From positions 1 to 43,233 of IMG/VR virus record IMGVR_UViG_3300027769_000048: a DNA stretch of 43,233 bases, one strand, 5' to 3'. Shown one piece after another: positions 34,683 through 43,233 of the stretch. How positions within the stretch are numbered: the stretch's first letter is position 1; each line of letters starts with the position of its first letter. Under the pieces are notes generated by a model that was not told where the DNA came from, ran no database searches, and saw only the letters and a program-made list of their open reading frames with translations. Both the position numbers and the translations under genes were made by a program. This DNA comes from a virus (lineage: Duplodnaviria > Caudoviricetes).

Positions 34683-36326
34683 ATGGCCACAGCAGAAGCT
34701 CGCTACCGCGCTCTCCAGCCAGACCGCGACAACTATCTCAGCCGAGCGCGGTCATCGTCGCGGTTGACGGTGCCGTATCTGATCCCCTCCAGCAATGAGC
34801 CGGTGCGGGAGAACAACGAAACCTTTGTGCTGCCATGGAATGGCATTGGCGCCAGGGGTGTTCACAACCTGGCCAGCCGTCTGCTGCTTGCCCTGCTGCC
34901 GCCCACTGAATCCTTCTTTCGCTTCACGGTGGATGAGGTGGCGATGCAGAAGCAAGAGATGCAGATGGCGCAGCAGGGGATGCCTGAGGACCAGATCGCT
35001 CAGATGAAGTCTGAGATTGAGCTGGCCCTGAACCGTCTCGAGCTGTCAGTGCTGCGCAGCATCGAGACCAGCAATGACCGGGTGGCCGTTCATGAAGCCC
35101 TGGTGCACCTGATCGTTGCTGGCAACTGCCTGCTCTATGTCAGCGAGGAAGGCCTGAAGTGCTTCCACCTGAACCGCTACACCCTGCTGCGGGACCCGAT
35201 GGGCAACCCAGTTGAGGCGGTGGTGTGCGAGGAGATCAGCTATGAGGCACTGCCTGATTCCATCCGCAAGGTGATGGAGGAGGAGGACCAGGAGCTCAAG
35301 GGCATCATTGACAGTGAGGTGCCGATCCCCAAGTACGACAAGGCTGTCCGCATCTACACCCACATCGTCTGGGAAGGGAAGAGGGTCCGCTGGCACCAGG
35401 AGATCAAGGGCAAGGAGATTGACGGCACACAAGGCAGTGCATCAGCTGAGGCATCGCCCTGGCTGCCGCTGCGCATGATCCGCGTGGATGGCAGCAGCTA
35501 TGGCCCTGGCTATGTGGAGTCGGCGTGCATCGCTGATCTGCAGACCGCTGAAGCACTCAGTCAGGCCATGGCTGAGGGTGCGCTGGTGTCGGCCCAGGTG
35601 AAGCACTTGGTCAAGCCGAGTGGTGTCACCAATGCCAAGCAGCTGGCTGAAGCACCGAACGGTGCCTACCTGCCTGGCAACCCGGATGATGTCTTCACCA
35701 TCCAGACCCAGAAGGGTGGTGATCTGAACGTGGCGATGTCCGCTCTGCAGCGGATTGAGGCACGTCTGGCCCAGGCCTTCATGCTCGCTGACATGCGTGA
35801 CGCAGAGCGTGTCACGGCCGAGGAAGTCAGGCTTCAGGCCCTGCAGCTGGAGAACAGCCTGGGATCGATCTACGCCGTGTTGACGGTTGAGTTCCAGAGC
35901 AAGTACATCGCCCGCAAGCTCGAGCTGTTCACCCGCAGCGGTGGGATGACACAGCTGCCGGAGGGTCTGGTGAAGCCAATGGTCAGCGTTGGCCTGGCTG
36001 CTGTTGGCCGCGGCAACGACCTGGAGAAGACCGCTCGCTTCATGCAGATCCTGCAGCAGACGATCGGCCCTGAAGGGATTGCCCAGTACGTGATCCCAAC
36101 AGAGCTGATCCGCCGTCTGGCCAGCTCGATGGGCATCAGCCCGTTGGGTCTGGTGAAGACCGACCAGCAGCTTGCTGCAGAAGCGCAGCAGGCCCAGCAG
36201 CAAGCGATGGCCCAGCAAGCCATGGCCGCTGGGATGGCCGACCCTCAGAAGTTGGCCAATGCTGCCGCCACGTCTCAGGAGATGGCGATGGCACAACAAC
36301 AACCCCCTGAAGAACCAACCGCATGA
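34683..36326 (+). CDS. Portal (head-tail connector, gp8)
   Basis: GARGVHNLASRLLLALLPP; HLIVAGN; RDAERVTAEEVR; LENSLGSIY; GRGNDL. Confidence 0.96.
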   Translation: MATAEARYRALQPDRDNYLSRARSSSRLTVPYLIPSSNEPVRENNETFVLPWNGIGARGVHNLASRLLLALLPPTESFFRFTVDEVAMQKQEMQMAQQGMPEDQIAQMKSEIELALNRLELSVLRSIETSNDRVAVHEALVHLIVAGNCLLYVSEEGLKCFHLNRYTLLRDPMGNPVEAVVCEEISYEALPDSIRKVMEEEDQELKGIIDSEVPIPKYDKAVRIYTHIVWEGKRVRWHQEIKGKEIDGTQGSASAEASPWLPLRMIRVDGSSYGPGYVESACIADLQTAEALSQAMAEGALVSAQVKHLVKPSGVTNAKQLAEAPNGAYLPGNPDDVFTIQTQKGGDLNVAMSALQRIEARLAQAFMLADMRDAERVTAEEVRLQALQLENSLGSIYAVLTVEFQSKYIARKLELFTRSGGMTQLPEGLVKPMVSVGLAAVGRGNDLEKTARFMQILQQTIGPEGIAQYVIPTELIRRLASSMGISPLGLVKTDQQLAAEAQQAQQQAMAQQAMAAGMADPQKLANAAATSQEMAMAQQQPPEEPTA

Positions 36327-37165
36327 CCAATTCCAATCTCGTCCTCAGCCAGCCCGAAGCCGAAGCAACGGGGATGGTGGCCCCTGGTCAGGAGGCGCTG
36401 CTTGATGAGTTCGTTGCCGAGCAGGAACAGGAAGAACAGCAGCGGATCCTTGGCAAGTTCAACTCACTCGAGGAGCTCGCCAAGGCCTACCAGGAGCTGG
36501 AGAAGAAGCTGGGTCAGCCGAAGCAAACCGACCCAGCCGAAGCACCCTCACCTGTCCAGGGTTACACAGCTGAGCAGGCCGTCCAGACCTACGGGCAGGA
36601 AGCAGTTGAAGCCCTGGCCGGAAAGGGTCTGAACCTGGCTGAAGTGATGTGGCAGGCCGATCAAGGCCAAGACATCAGCAGCCACTACGACTCTCTTGCT
36701 GAGGCGTTCAATGTCCCGCGGCAGCTGGTGGAGGCCTATGTCACCAAGACTCAAGCTCCTCCTGCTGCAGCAGCTGACAGCCCGGTTCTGTCTGAGCAGG
36801 ATGCTGCCCAGCTCAAGGCGATGGTGGGCGGTGACGACGGGTTCCAACAGCTGAGTGCCTGGGCGCAGCAGAACCTTGATCCAGCTGAGCTGGCTGATTA
36901 CAACGCCGTGGTGGACAGCGGCAACAAGCAGGCGATCAGCTGGGCGCTCAAGGCCATCCAGGCCAAGGCATCAGGGCCTGCTGCACCGAGCGAGCCGAAG
37001 CTGATCAGCGGTGGCCGGCCGCCTGCGGTGGAGAAGTTCGAGTCCAAGCAGCAGGTGCTCGATGCGATGTCCAAGCGCAACGAGAAAGGCCAGAAGCTGT
37101 ACGAGGTGGATGACGCCTACCGCCAGAAGGTCCGTGAACTGCTCGCCAGGAGTGATGTGTTCTAG
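36323..37165 (+). CDS. Capsid scaffolding protein (gp9)
   Basis: GKFNSLEELAKAYQELEKKLG; VGGDDGF..L..WA..NL; Y..D.AYR..V...L.RS. Confidence 0.92.
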   Translation: MTNSNLVLSQPEAEATGMVAPGQEALLDEFVAEQEQEEQQRILGKFNSLEELAKAYQELEKKLGQPKQTDPAEAPSPVQGYTAEQAVQTYGQEAVEALAGKGLNLAEVMWQADQGQDISSHYDSLAEAFNVPRQLVEAYVTKTQAPPAAAADSPVLSEQDAAQLKAMVGGDDGFQQLSAWAQQNLDPAELADYNAVVDSGNKQAISWALKAIQAKASGPAAPSEPKLISGGRPPAVEKFESKQQVLDAMSKRNEKGQKLYEVDDAYRQKVRELLARSDVF

Positions 37166-37205
37166 TACCTTCAGGGCAGGGATTACTCCTCACCCCTGCA
37201 ACTGA

Positions 37206-37228
37206 CGGGCCCCTGCGGGGATAACCCG
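37206..37228 (+). promoter_or_regulatory. Hairpin in the capsid leader
   Basis: CGGG-C-CCC-TGCG-GGG-ATAA-CCCG. Confidence 0.4.
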
Positions 37229-37276
37229 AGCTGGTGAAGGTGGAAGTGAGAACCGATCACTTCTCTTTACAGACTC

Positions 37277-38350
37277 ATGGCTACTCCTCCCGATGCCGCG
37301 CTGCAGCGGATTGGTCAGATCAAAGGCGATGCCGCCACGTGGGGCCCTGGTGCCGCCGGTCTTGACAAGGACCGTGCACTCTTCCTGAAGCTGGGTGCTG
37401 CTGAAGTGCTCACTGCTTTTGAAGAGGCTTGCATCTTCAAGGGCAAGACCCGCGAGCGCAACATCCGCGGTGGCAAGAGCGTTGCCTTCCCCATCACGGG
37501 CAAGATGGCAGCTCGCTACCACAAGCCGGGCACCCCGATTCTGGGCGAGGGCAATGATCCCTCGGACCTGAACGAGCGGGTGATCAACCTCGATGCTCTG
37601 ATGATCGCTGATGCGGCCATCCCTGAGCTTGATGAGCTGATGGCGTACTACGACGTACGTTCCATCTACACCACTGAGCTTGGCCGTGCTCTGGCCTATG
37701 AGTACGACAAGCGTGTTGCCCGCATGATCTTTGCGGCTGCCAACACTGCCACCGAGCCCCTGGCCAAGACCGGTGCCGCCAAGCCCGCCGGCCCCGCGGA
37801 CAACCGCGGTCGCGTGGGTAAGACCATCACCCTCGGCACCGGCTATACCGGCGCTGGTGCCACCCGTCAGGCCAAAGGTGACGCCCTGGTGGAAGCCATC
37901 TTCGATGCGCGTATTGCGCTTGAGAAGAAGGACGTGGGCATTGATGGTGTTGTGGCTGTCTTCACCCCTGAGGACTACTACGCCATCACGATGAGTTCGA
38001 GGGCGATCAACGCCGACTTCGCGGGTGGCGCATCCAATGGCACTATTGCCGATGGCCGCACCATGCGCGTGGCTGGCATCCCTGTGTATGCCAGCAATCA
38101 TCTGCAGCAGCCTGCTTACGCCCTGGTGGCCGGCGACTACAACGCCGACTACGCCCAGGACCTGAGCAAGTGCCACGGCCTCATCTTCAACAAGGATGCG
38201 GTTGGCGTGCTGACCCTGATGAGCCCCTCCCTGCAGGTGACTTCTGGCGACTGGAACATCCAGTACCAAGCCTCGCTTCTTGTCGCAAGGCAGGCGCTCG
38301 GCATGGGCATCCTGCGAGCTGAATCGGCTGTGGCTCTTGTCACTGCCTGA
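37277..38350 (+). CDS. Major capsid protein (gp10)
   Basis: ALFLK...EVLTAF; R.IRGGKS..FP..G; YDVRSIY..ELG.ALA..YD; GMGILRAE.A. Confidence 0.97.
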   Translation: MATPPDAALQRIGQIKGDAATWGPGAAGLDKDRALFLKLGAAEVLTAFEEACIFKGKTRERNIRGGKSVAFPITGKMAARYHKPGTPILGEGNDPSDLNERVINLDALMIADAAIPELDELMAYYDVRSIYTTELGRALAYEYDKRVARMIFAAANTATEPLAKTGAAKPAGPADNRGRVGKTITLGTGYTGAGATRQAKGDALVEAIFDARIALEKKDVGIDGVVAVFTPEDYYAITMSSRAINADFAGGASNGTIADGRTMRVAGIPVYASNHLQQPAYALVAGDYNADYAQDLSKCHGLIFNKDAVGVLTLMSPSLQVTSGDWNIQYQASLLVARQALGMGILRAESAVALVTA

Positions 38351-38374
38351 GCCAGACTGCTTCTGGAATGTTCG

Positions 38375-38402
38375 GGGGTCAGCTACGGCTGGCCCCTTTT
38401 TT
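38375..38402 (+). terminator. Rho-independent terminator after capsid (Tphi-equivalent)
   Basis: GGGGTCAGC-TACG-GCTGGCCCC-TTTTTT. Confidence 0.88.
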
Positions 38403-38443
38403 CGTGCCATCTACCATGAGGCTTGCACCTGTGCACTGGTCTG

Positions 38444-39106
38444 ATGGGCCTGTCGAACCAAGGCAAGACGCCTGGCAGGACCACCCTGCTCGAGGCTGTG
38501 AACACCTTGCTCACGAATGTGGGCGAGCAGCCGGTGGACAGCTTGGACAACCAGCAGATCCAAGACGCACGGATTGCTGAGAGCACGATCCTCGAGTTCC
38601 ACCGTGAGGGCCAGGTCCGCGGCTGGAGCTGGAACCGTGAGGACGCTTACCCGTTTGAGCGGGACACGGCCAGCGGTGAAGTGGTGGTGCCGGCCAACGT
38701 GGTGAACTTCACGGTGAACCCGTACCAGTGGGATGGGCGGTTCATCGTCAGGGGGCAGCGGGTCTATGACCTGTCGGAACGCACCTACAAGATCGACCCT
38801 GCGGTCTGCCCCATCCAGGCTGATGTGGTCTGGCTTCTGGACTGGGACGAGAGTCCTGAAGCGTTCAACCGCTGGGTGACGATTCGCTCAGCACGGGTGT
38901 TCGCAGCACGGGTGCTGGGCGATCGCGGCACTGTGCAGTACACGGCACTGGATGAGCAGGCCGCGTTGACCGAGCTGATGCGTGTTGAGCTGGACCAGGC
39001 CAAGCCGAACAGCTTGACCGGTGGTCCCAGCTTGCGGCCGTTCCCCACCTACGAGGCTGGCCGCGGCCTGCTGCGTGGCACGTTTGGAGGCAGGGTCATT
39101 GGCTGA
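38444..39106 (+). CDS. Tail tubular protein A (gp11)
   Basis: TLLEAVNTLL..VGEQPVDSL; Q.RGWSWN; RG.R.YD; P.AF..W.T.R.AR.F. Confidence 0.92.
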   Translation: MGLSNQGKTPGRTTLLEAVNTLLTNVGEQPVDSLDNQQIQDARIAESTILEFHREGQVRGWSWNREDAYPFERDTASGEVVVPANVVNFTVNPYQWDGRFIVRGQRVYDLSERTYKIDPAVCPIQADVVWLLDWDESPEAFNRWVTIRSARVFAARVLGDRGTVQYTALDEQAALTELMRVELDQAKPNSLTGGPSLRPFPTYEAGRGLLRGTFGGRVIG

Positions 39107-41879
39107 TCTGGTCTCCTACACGATCCCCTCGCTGATCCAGGGGGTCTCTCAGCAGCCTGATGCGCAGCGTGATCCAACCCAGGCTGAGATCCAGGTCAAT
39201 GCGGTGTCCTCGATTGCTGAGGGTCTGAGGAAGCGGGACAGCACGCACACGCTGGCCAGGGTGAGCACCACACCGTTTGGTGATGCGTTCATTCATACGA
39301 TCCTGCGGGACAACACTGAGGAGTACCTGGCGGTGATCACCAAGACGGTGATCCGGGTGTTTGATCTGCAGGGCGGGGAGAAGACGGTTAACGCCCCTGG
39401 GGGGTATGGGTATCTGGCCAGCGTGACGGATGCGCGGCAGCAGATCAGATCGCAGTCGATTGCGGACTACACCTTCATCCTCAACACCAACACAGCAGTG
39501 GCGATGAACCCTGCTTTGGCACCGGCAACGCCTAGGCCGAAGGTGCATGAAGCCCTGGTGTGGGTGCGTGCTGCGAACTACGGCCAGGAATACAAGGTCA
39601 ACGTCAACGGCACTGAGGCCAAGGTGACGACCGCCGTGGCACCGGTGGTGAGCAGCGGCACCACGGTGACCGAGAACCGGATCAGCAGCGCCAACATCGC
39701 TGAATCATTGCGGCTGACCTTGACGGCTGGGCCGGTTGCGACGTTCACGCAGGCGCTGTTCCCCACCAAGCTGAGCGGGACCAAGACAGCACTGCCGACC
39801 ACCAGCAACGGGTTAGGCAGCGGCATCAAGGTGGACATCGTTGGTGATGGCACCAATGCCACGGCCGTCACGATGTCAACCGCAGGGACGGCCTATGTGG
39901 TTGGCGACAAGGTGTTCGTTGCCAAGTACCTGCTGGAGGGTGGCTCTGACAGCACACCGGTTGAGGTTGGTCAGGTTGGGGCCTTGGGCCCAGCACCGCT
40001 GAGCGGTGTGACCATCACCCGCTCAGGCTCAGTGCTGTGGGTGCAATCTGACAACCCGATCACGCTGGCTGCCAGCGATGCCAGGGCCAATGCCGACATC
40101 ACGGCGATTCTGAGCCAGGTGCAGGCGTTCACCGAGCTGCCCACCATTGCCCCGAAGGGTTATCAGGTGGAGATCACGGGGGATCCGGGCAACAACTTCG
40201 ACGGGTACTACGTGAGCTTCACGCCGAAGTCTGGTGACTTTGGTGAGGGCACATGGTCTGAGACGGTGAGCCCCGGTGTGGAGTACAAGCTGGATGTGGC
40301 GACGATGCCCCATCTACTGATCCGGCTGCCGGATGGGACGTTCTATTTCGGTCCAGCCAATGGCAGCACCCAGGGCACGGTGACGATCCCTGCCTGGGGG
40401 CAGCGCACGACAGGTGATTACCACACGGCACCTGACCCGAGTTTCATCGGGCATCCCATCAACGATGTCTTCATCTACAAGAACCGTCTGGGGTTCCTGG
40501 CTGATGAGAACGTGATCCTCAGCCGGGTGCGGGAGTTCTTTGAGTTCTTCCCGGAGACCGTCACCACGGTGTTGGACACGGATCCCATCGACGTGGTGGC
40601 CAGCAACAACCGAGTGTCAGTGCTGCGCTATGCGGTCCCGTACCAGGACGAGCTGATCCTGTTCAGCGCTCAGTATCAGTTCCGCTTCAATGCGGCTGAG
40701 ACAGTGCTGACGCCGAAGACAGCGCAGATCACGGTGCTCACTCAGTTCGAGGTGGACACCACCGTCAGACCCCAGCAGGCGGGTGGCGGGATCATCTTCT
40801 GCCAGGTCAACGCGCAGTGGAGCCAGTTCCGTGAGTTCAGTGTCCGCGGTGCGGGAACTGCGCTGACGGCTGATGCGTCTGACCTGACGGGGTATGTCTC
40901 GGCTTACATCCCGTCTGGGATCTTCAAGATGACGGTGAACGACACGGGTAACTCCCTGTTCGCCATCAGCGGGAAGGCTGGCTACGAGAAGCGGATCTAC
41001 ACCTACAAGTGGTACTTCCGCAACACCGGCCAGGGTGCTGAGCGTGCCCAGTCCAGCTGGAGCCACTGGGAGTTCAGCGGTGTGGATGAGGTGCTGCAGG
41101 TGATCTGCATTCGCGAGACCCTGTACTGCCTGATGCGGTACGGCCAGGAGGTGTACCTGGAGATGGTGCCGGTGATGGACCGGATGGCATCAACCAGCGG
41201 GGTTGGTTATCCGCTGCTGTTGGACCGGCGGGTGAGCACCACCACGGCGACACCGGTTGCGATGCGGATGGCCAAGGGTGTCTACGACGCTGTGACCAAC
41301 AAGACCACGTTCACCCTGCCGTATGAGGTGAAGGGCAAGACCGAGCTGTGGAGTGGCACCGCTGGCCCGGTTGGGCTGTATGGCTTGTTCAGTGCTGGCG
41401 TTCGCCTGGGCGAAGCAACCAGCGGGAACACCATTGTGGCTCGAGGGAACTGGTCAGCGGCTGAGGTGTACGCCGGTGAGCCGTATGAGTTCAGGTACCG
41501 CTTCACGCGTTTCAAGATGATGCGCGAGATCGGTGGCGGCAAGGCAGCGGTCAATGCGATGAGGACGCAGGTTCGCAGCGCCAAGCTCCGCTTCCACGAG
41601 ACCGGTTACTTCCAGGTGCATGTGCTGCCAGAGCATCGCAGCGAGGGTGTGTACCGGTTTGATGGAGCCACCAGTGCTGTGCGTGGCGCGAAGATTGGCG
41701 CCCCTGCCCTGCTGGATTCAAGCGAGCCGCAGTACAGCGAGGGTGTGTTCAACATCCCGATCCTCAGCCGTGGTGAGCAGTGTGCGGTGGAGATCCGCAA
41801 CAGCACCCCGCACCCTTGCAAGTTCAGCACGTGCGAGTGGGTTGCACTGGTGACTGGCAGGGCGAGGTCACTGCAATGA
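39099..41879 (+). CDS. Tail tubular protein B (gp12)
   Basis: TTG start after GGAGG. IPSLIQGVSQQPD..R; GL.KR; TMPH.L; PSFIG; NRLGFL; DPIDV; QSSWSHW. Confidence 0.93.
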   Translation: MADLVSYTIPSLIQGVSQQPDAQRDPTQAEIQVNAVSSIAEGLRKRDSTHTLARVSTTPFGDAFIHTILRDNTEEYLAVITKTVIRVFDLQGGEKTVNAPGGYGYLASVTDARQQIRSQSIADYTFILNTNTAVAMNPALAPATPRPKVHEALVWVRAANYGQEYKVNVNGTEAKVTTAVAPVVSSGTTVTENRISSANIAESLRLTLTAGPVATFTQALFPTKLSGTKTALPTTSNGLGSGIKVDIVGDGTNATAVTMSTAGTAYVVGDKVFVAKYLLEGGSDSTPVEVGQVGALGPAPLSGVTITRSGSVLWVQSDNPITLAASDARANADITAILSQVQAFTELPTIAPKGYQVEITGDPGNNFDGYYVSFTPKSGDFGEGTWSETVSPGVEYKLDVATMPHLLIRLPDGTFYFGPANGSTQGTVTIPAWGQRTTGDYHTAPDPSFIGHPINDVFIYKNRLGFLADENVILSRVREFFEFFPETVTTVLDTDPIDVVASNNRVSVLRYAVPYQDELILFSAQYQFRFNAAETVLTPKTAQITVLTQFEVDTTVRPQQAGGGIIFCQVNAQWSQFREFSVRGAGTALTADASDLTGYVSAYIPSGIFKMTVNDTGNSLFAISGKAGYEKRIYTYKWYFRNTGQGAERAQSSWSHWEFSGVDEVLQVICIRETLYCLMRYGQEVYLEMVPVMDRMASTSGVGYPLLLDRRVSTTTATPVAMRMAKGVYDAVTNKTTFTLPYEVKGKTELWSGTAGPVGLYGLFSAGVRLGEATSGNTIVARGNWSAAEVYAGEPYEFRYRFTRFKMMREIGGGKAAVNAMRTQVRSAKLRFHETGYFQVHVLPEHRSEGVYRFDGATSAVRGAKIGAPALLDSSEPQYSEGVFNIPILSRGEQCAVEIRNSTPHPCKFSTCEWVALVTGRARSLQ

Positions 41880-42322
41880 GGTGGACGGACCCGACTGCTG
41901 AGAGGGCGTACTACGTGGCTGCGAACGTCCGAGCTGAGGACCGTGACGAGGTGTGGCTGAGCCACCGGCTGCCGGGTGCTGAAGCGGTGGTGCAGAGCTG
42001 GAAGGGGAGTGAGCTGTGCCGCTGCATCGAGACCAGCGATGGCGAGCCGGTTGGTCTGACGGGTGTGTGCGGTGATCGGATCTGGCTGCTTGGCACGGAG
42101 GGTTTGACAGCTACGCGGTCAAGAAGATTGCAGTTGTGCATTGAGGGGCGAGGATGGGTAGAGCATTGCTTGAAGCATGTGGGCGGGCCGATTGGCAACG
42201 ATGTCTACGCGAAGAACCGGATGTCGACCCGCTGGCTACGGCACCTGGGGTTTGAGGTTGAGGAACCGCGGCCGATTGGTTTGAGCGGTGCGCTGTTCTG
42301 CCGTTTCTGGAGGGAAGCCTGA
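41876..42322 (+). CDS. Internal virion protein A-like (gp13, acetyltransferase-like fold)
   Basis: NVRAEDRDEV; IWLLGT; N.V...N..S.RWLRHLGF; located after gp12. Confidence 0.8.
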   Translation: MRWTDPTAERAYYVAANVRAEDRDEVWLSHRLPGAEAVVQSWKGSELCRCIETSDGEPVGLTGVCGDRIWLLGTEGLTATRSRRLQLCIEGRGWVEHCLKHVGGPIGNDVYAKNRMSTRWLRHLGFEVEEPRPIGLSGALFCRFWREA

Positions 42323-43155
42323 TGGTGCTGCCATTTATCTTCGGTGCTGCCAACGCTGGCCTTGGGATTCTTCAGGGGATTGCTGGCAACCAGGCTGCCA
42401 AGCAGGACTACATGAATCAGGTGGCGTTTCAGAACGCCAACAACCAATTTGCCAGATGGCAGGCGGGCTTTAATGCTCGCGTTAATGATGCGAACAATCA
42501 ATACAAGTATTGGGCCGATACGGTCAACTACAACCAGAACCTTGCGTACACCAACAGCCTGCGTAATGTTGAGCTGCTGAAGTCAATCCGTCAGGCAGAG
42601 ACGGTTGCTCAGGTTCGCTCAGCTGCTGGTGCTGCATTTCTCCAGGACAGTGACGCTATTGGTCAGGCTTACACCGAAGCATCCATGCAGGAAGCTGTTG
42701 CACTGCAGCAGTATCAGTGGCGGGCATTGCAGGGTCAGTCATCGGTGCAAGCGATGGCGATGGAAGGCAACAGCGTTGACCGGTTGGTGAATGACTATGC
42801 CCGTCAGCTGGGTGACTACGAGACGCTGCAGGCAATCAACGAGGGCATCAGGAAGCGGCAGTACGGCAGAGAGCAAGCGGGCCAGCTGGCGCAGTATCTC
42901 AGCCGCTGGCAGTCGCAGCAGTTCTACGACGAGCAGACCTATCTGGATCCTGTTGCACCGTTTGCACCGCTGCCCACGTTGATTCAGCCAGCAGGGCCAT
43001 CAATGACTGGCAGCGGACCAAGCAGTGCTGCTGGTTGGATCAATGTTGGCACTGGCATCCTTGGTGGTATCAGCGCTGGGATCTCAATGAACAACCAGCT
43101 GGGTGGCTTAAGAAGACCCTCGAGCTCAACAGGTCCTGGCACGGGAGGTAACTGA
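42322..43155 (+). CDS. Internal virion protein (gp14-like)
   Basis: Hydrophobic Gly/Ala termini, a Q-rich coil and a GNSVDRL motif; located between gp13 and gp15. Confidence 0.78.
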   Translation: MVLPFIFGAANAGLGILQGIAGNQAAKQDYMNQVAFQNANNQFARWQAGFNARVNDANNQYKYWADTVNYNQNLAYTNSLRNVELLKSIRQAETVAQVRSAAGAAFLQDSDAIGQAYTEASMQEAVALQQYQWRALQGQSSVQAMAMEGNSVDRLVNDYARQLGDYETLQAINEGIRKRQYGREQAGQLAQYLSRWQSQQFYDEQTYLDPVAPFAPLPTLIQPAGPSMTGSGPSSAAGWINVGTGILGGISAGISMNNQLGGLRRPSSSTGPGTGGN

Positions 43156-43233
43156 TGGCTGAGCGTCTTCCATTTGGTGAGATCCGTCCTGGTGCGCGGC
43201 CGATCGGTGCGTTCATCCAGCCCGGTCAGCAGA
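43075..43233. repeat. Terminal overlap (circular assembly), copy 2
   Basis: Matches 1-159 with one mismatch. Confidence 0.95.

Noticed and set aside
37190-38410. 406-aa minus-strand ORF, and similar long antisense ORFs at 4176-5291, 5657-6673, 9596-10615, 27684-28484, 28527-29399 and 35442-36302
   Set aside because: Shadows of well-supported plus-strand genes in GC-rich DNA, with no recognisable motifs.
33240-38443. Canonical T7/SP6-type approximately 23-bp phage promoters
   Set aside because: I found no long asymmetric repeated consensus by eye. The recurring element is palindromic and occurs in both orientations. A MEME search could still reveal a weak one.
43075-43233. 159-bp end repeat as a T7-type direct terminal repeat
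   Set aside because: It spans the coding gp14/gp15 junction, so it is best explained as assembler circular overlap.

Overview
This looks like a complete, circularly assembled genome of about 43,074 bp (bases 1-159 repeat at 43075-43233) from a GC-rich, temperate T7-like podovirus. The host is probably a picocyanobacterium (Synechococcus/Cyanobium-like); that is inferred from gene families and the tRNA-Leu att fragment. It has a full T7-type morphogenesis set: portal, scaffold, capsid, gp11/12/13/14, large internal virion proteins, a five-gene tail-fibre/tailspike cluster, and TerS/TerL. It also has a single-subunit RNA polymerase, a gp2.5-type SSB and a gp6-type exonuclease. I find no DNA polymerase, primase-helicase, ligase or endonuclease I. 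In their place are RusA, an NrdR-type Zn-ribbon/initiator-like fusion and a helicase-loader-like protein, with a separate RepL-like HTH protein elsewhere. A reverse-strand block holds two MarR-type regulators, a tyrosine integrase and a C39 peptidase. The putative attP is the 5' half of tRNA-Leu(UAA), just upstream of the RNAP gene and 6.5 kb from int. A 12-bp palindrome, TGCAC-NN-GTGCA, sits at the head of almost every transcription unit. The most interesting candidate system is a T7-like virion run by lambdoid-style host-dependent replication and a genome-wide operator network, with a divergent RNAP that has a shortened thumb. All assignments come from reading motifs by eye; no database search was run.
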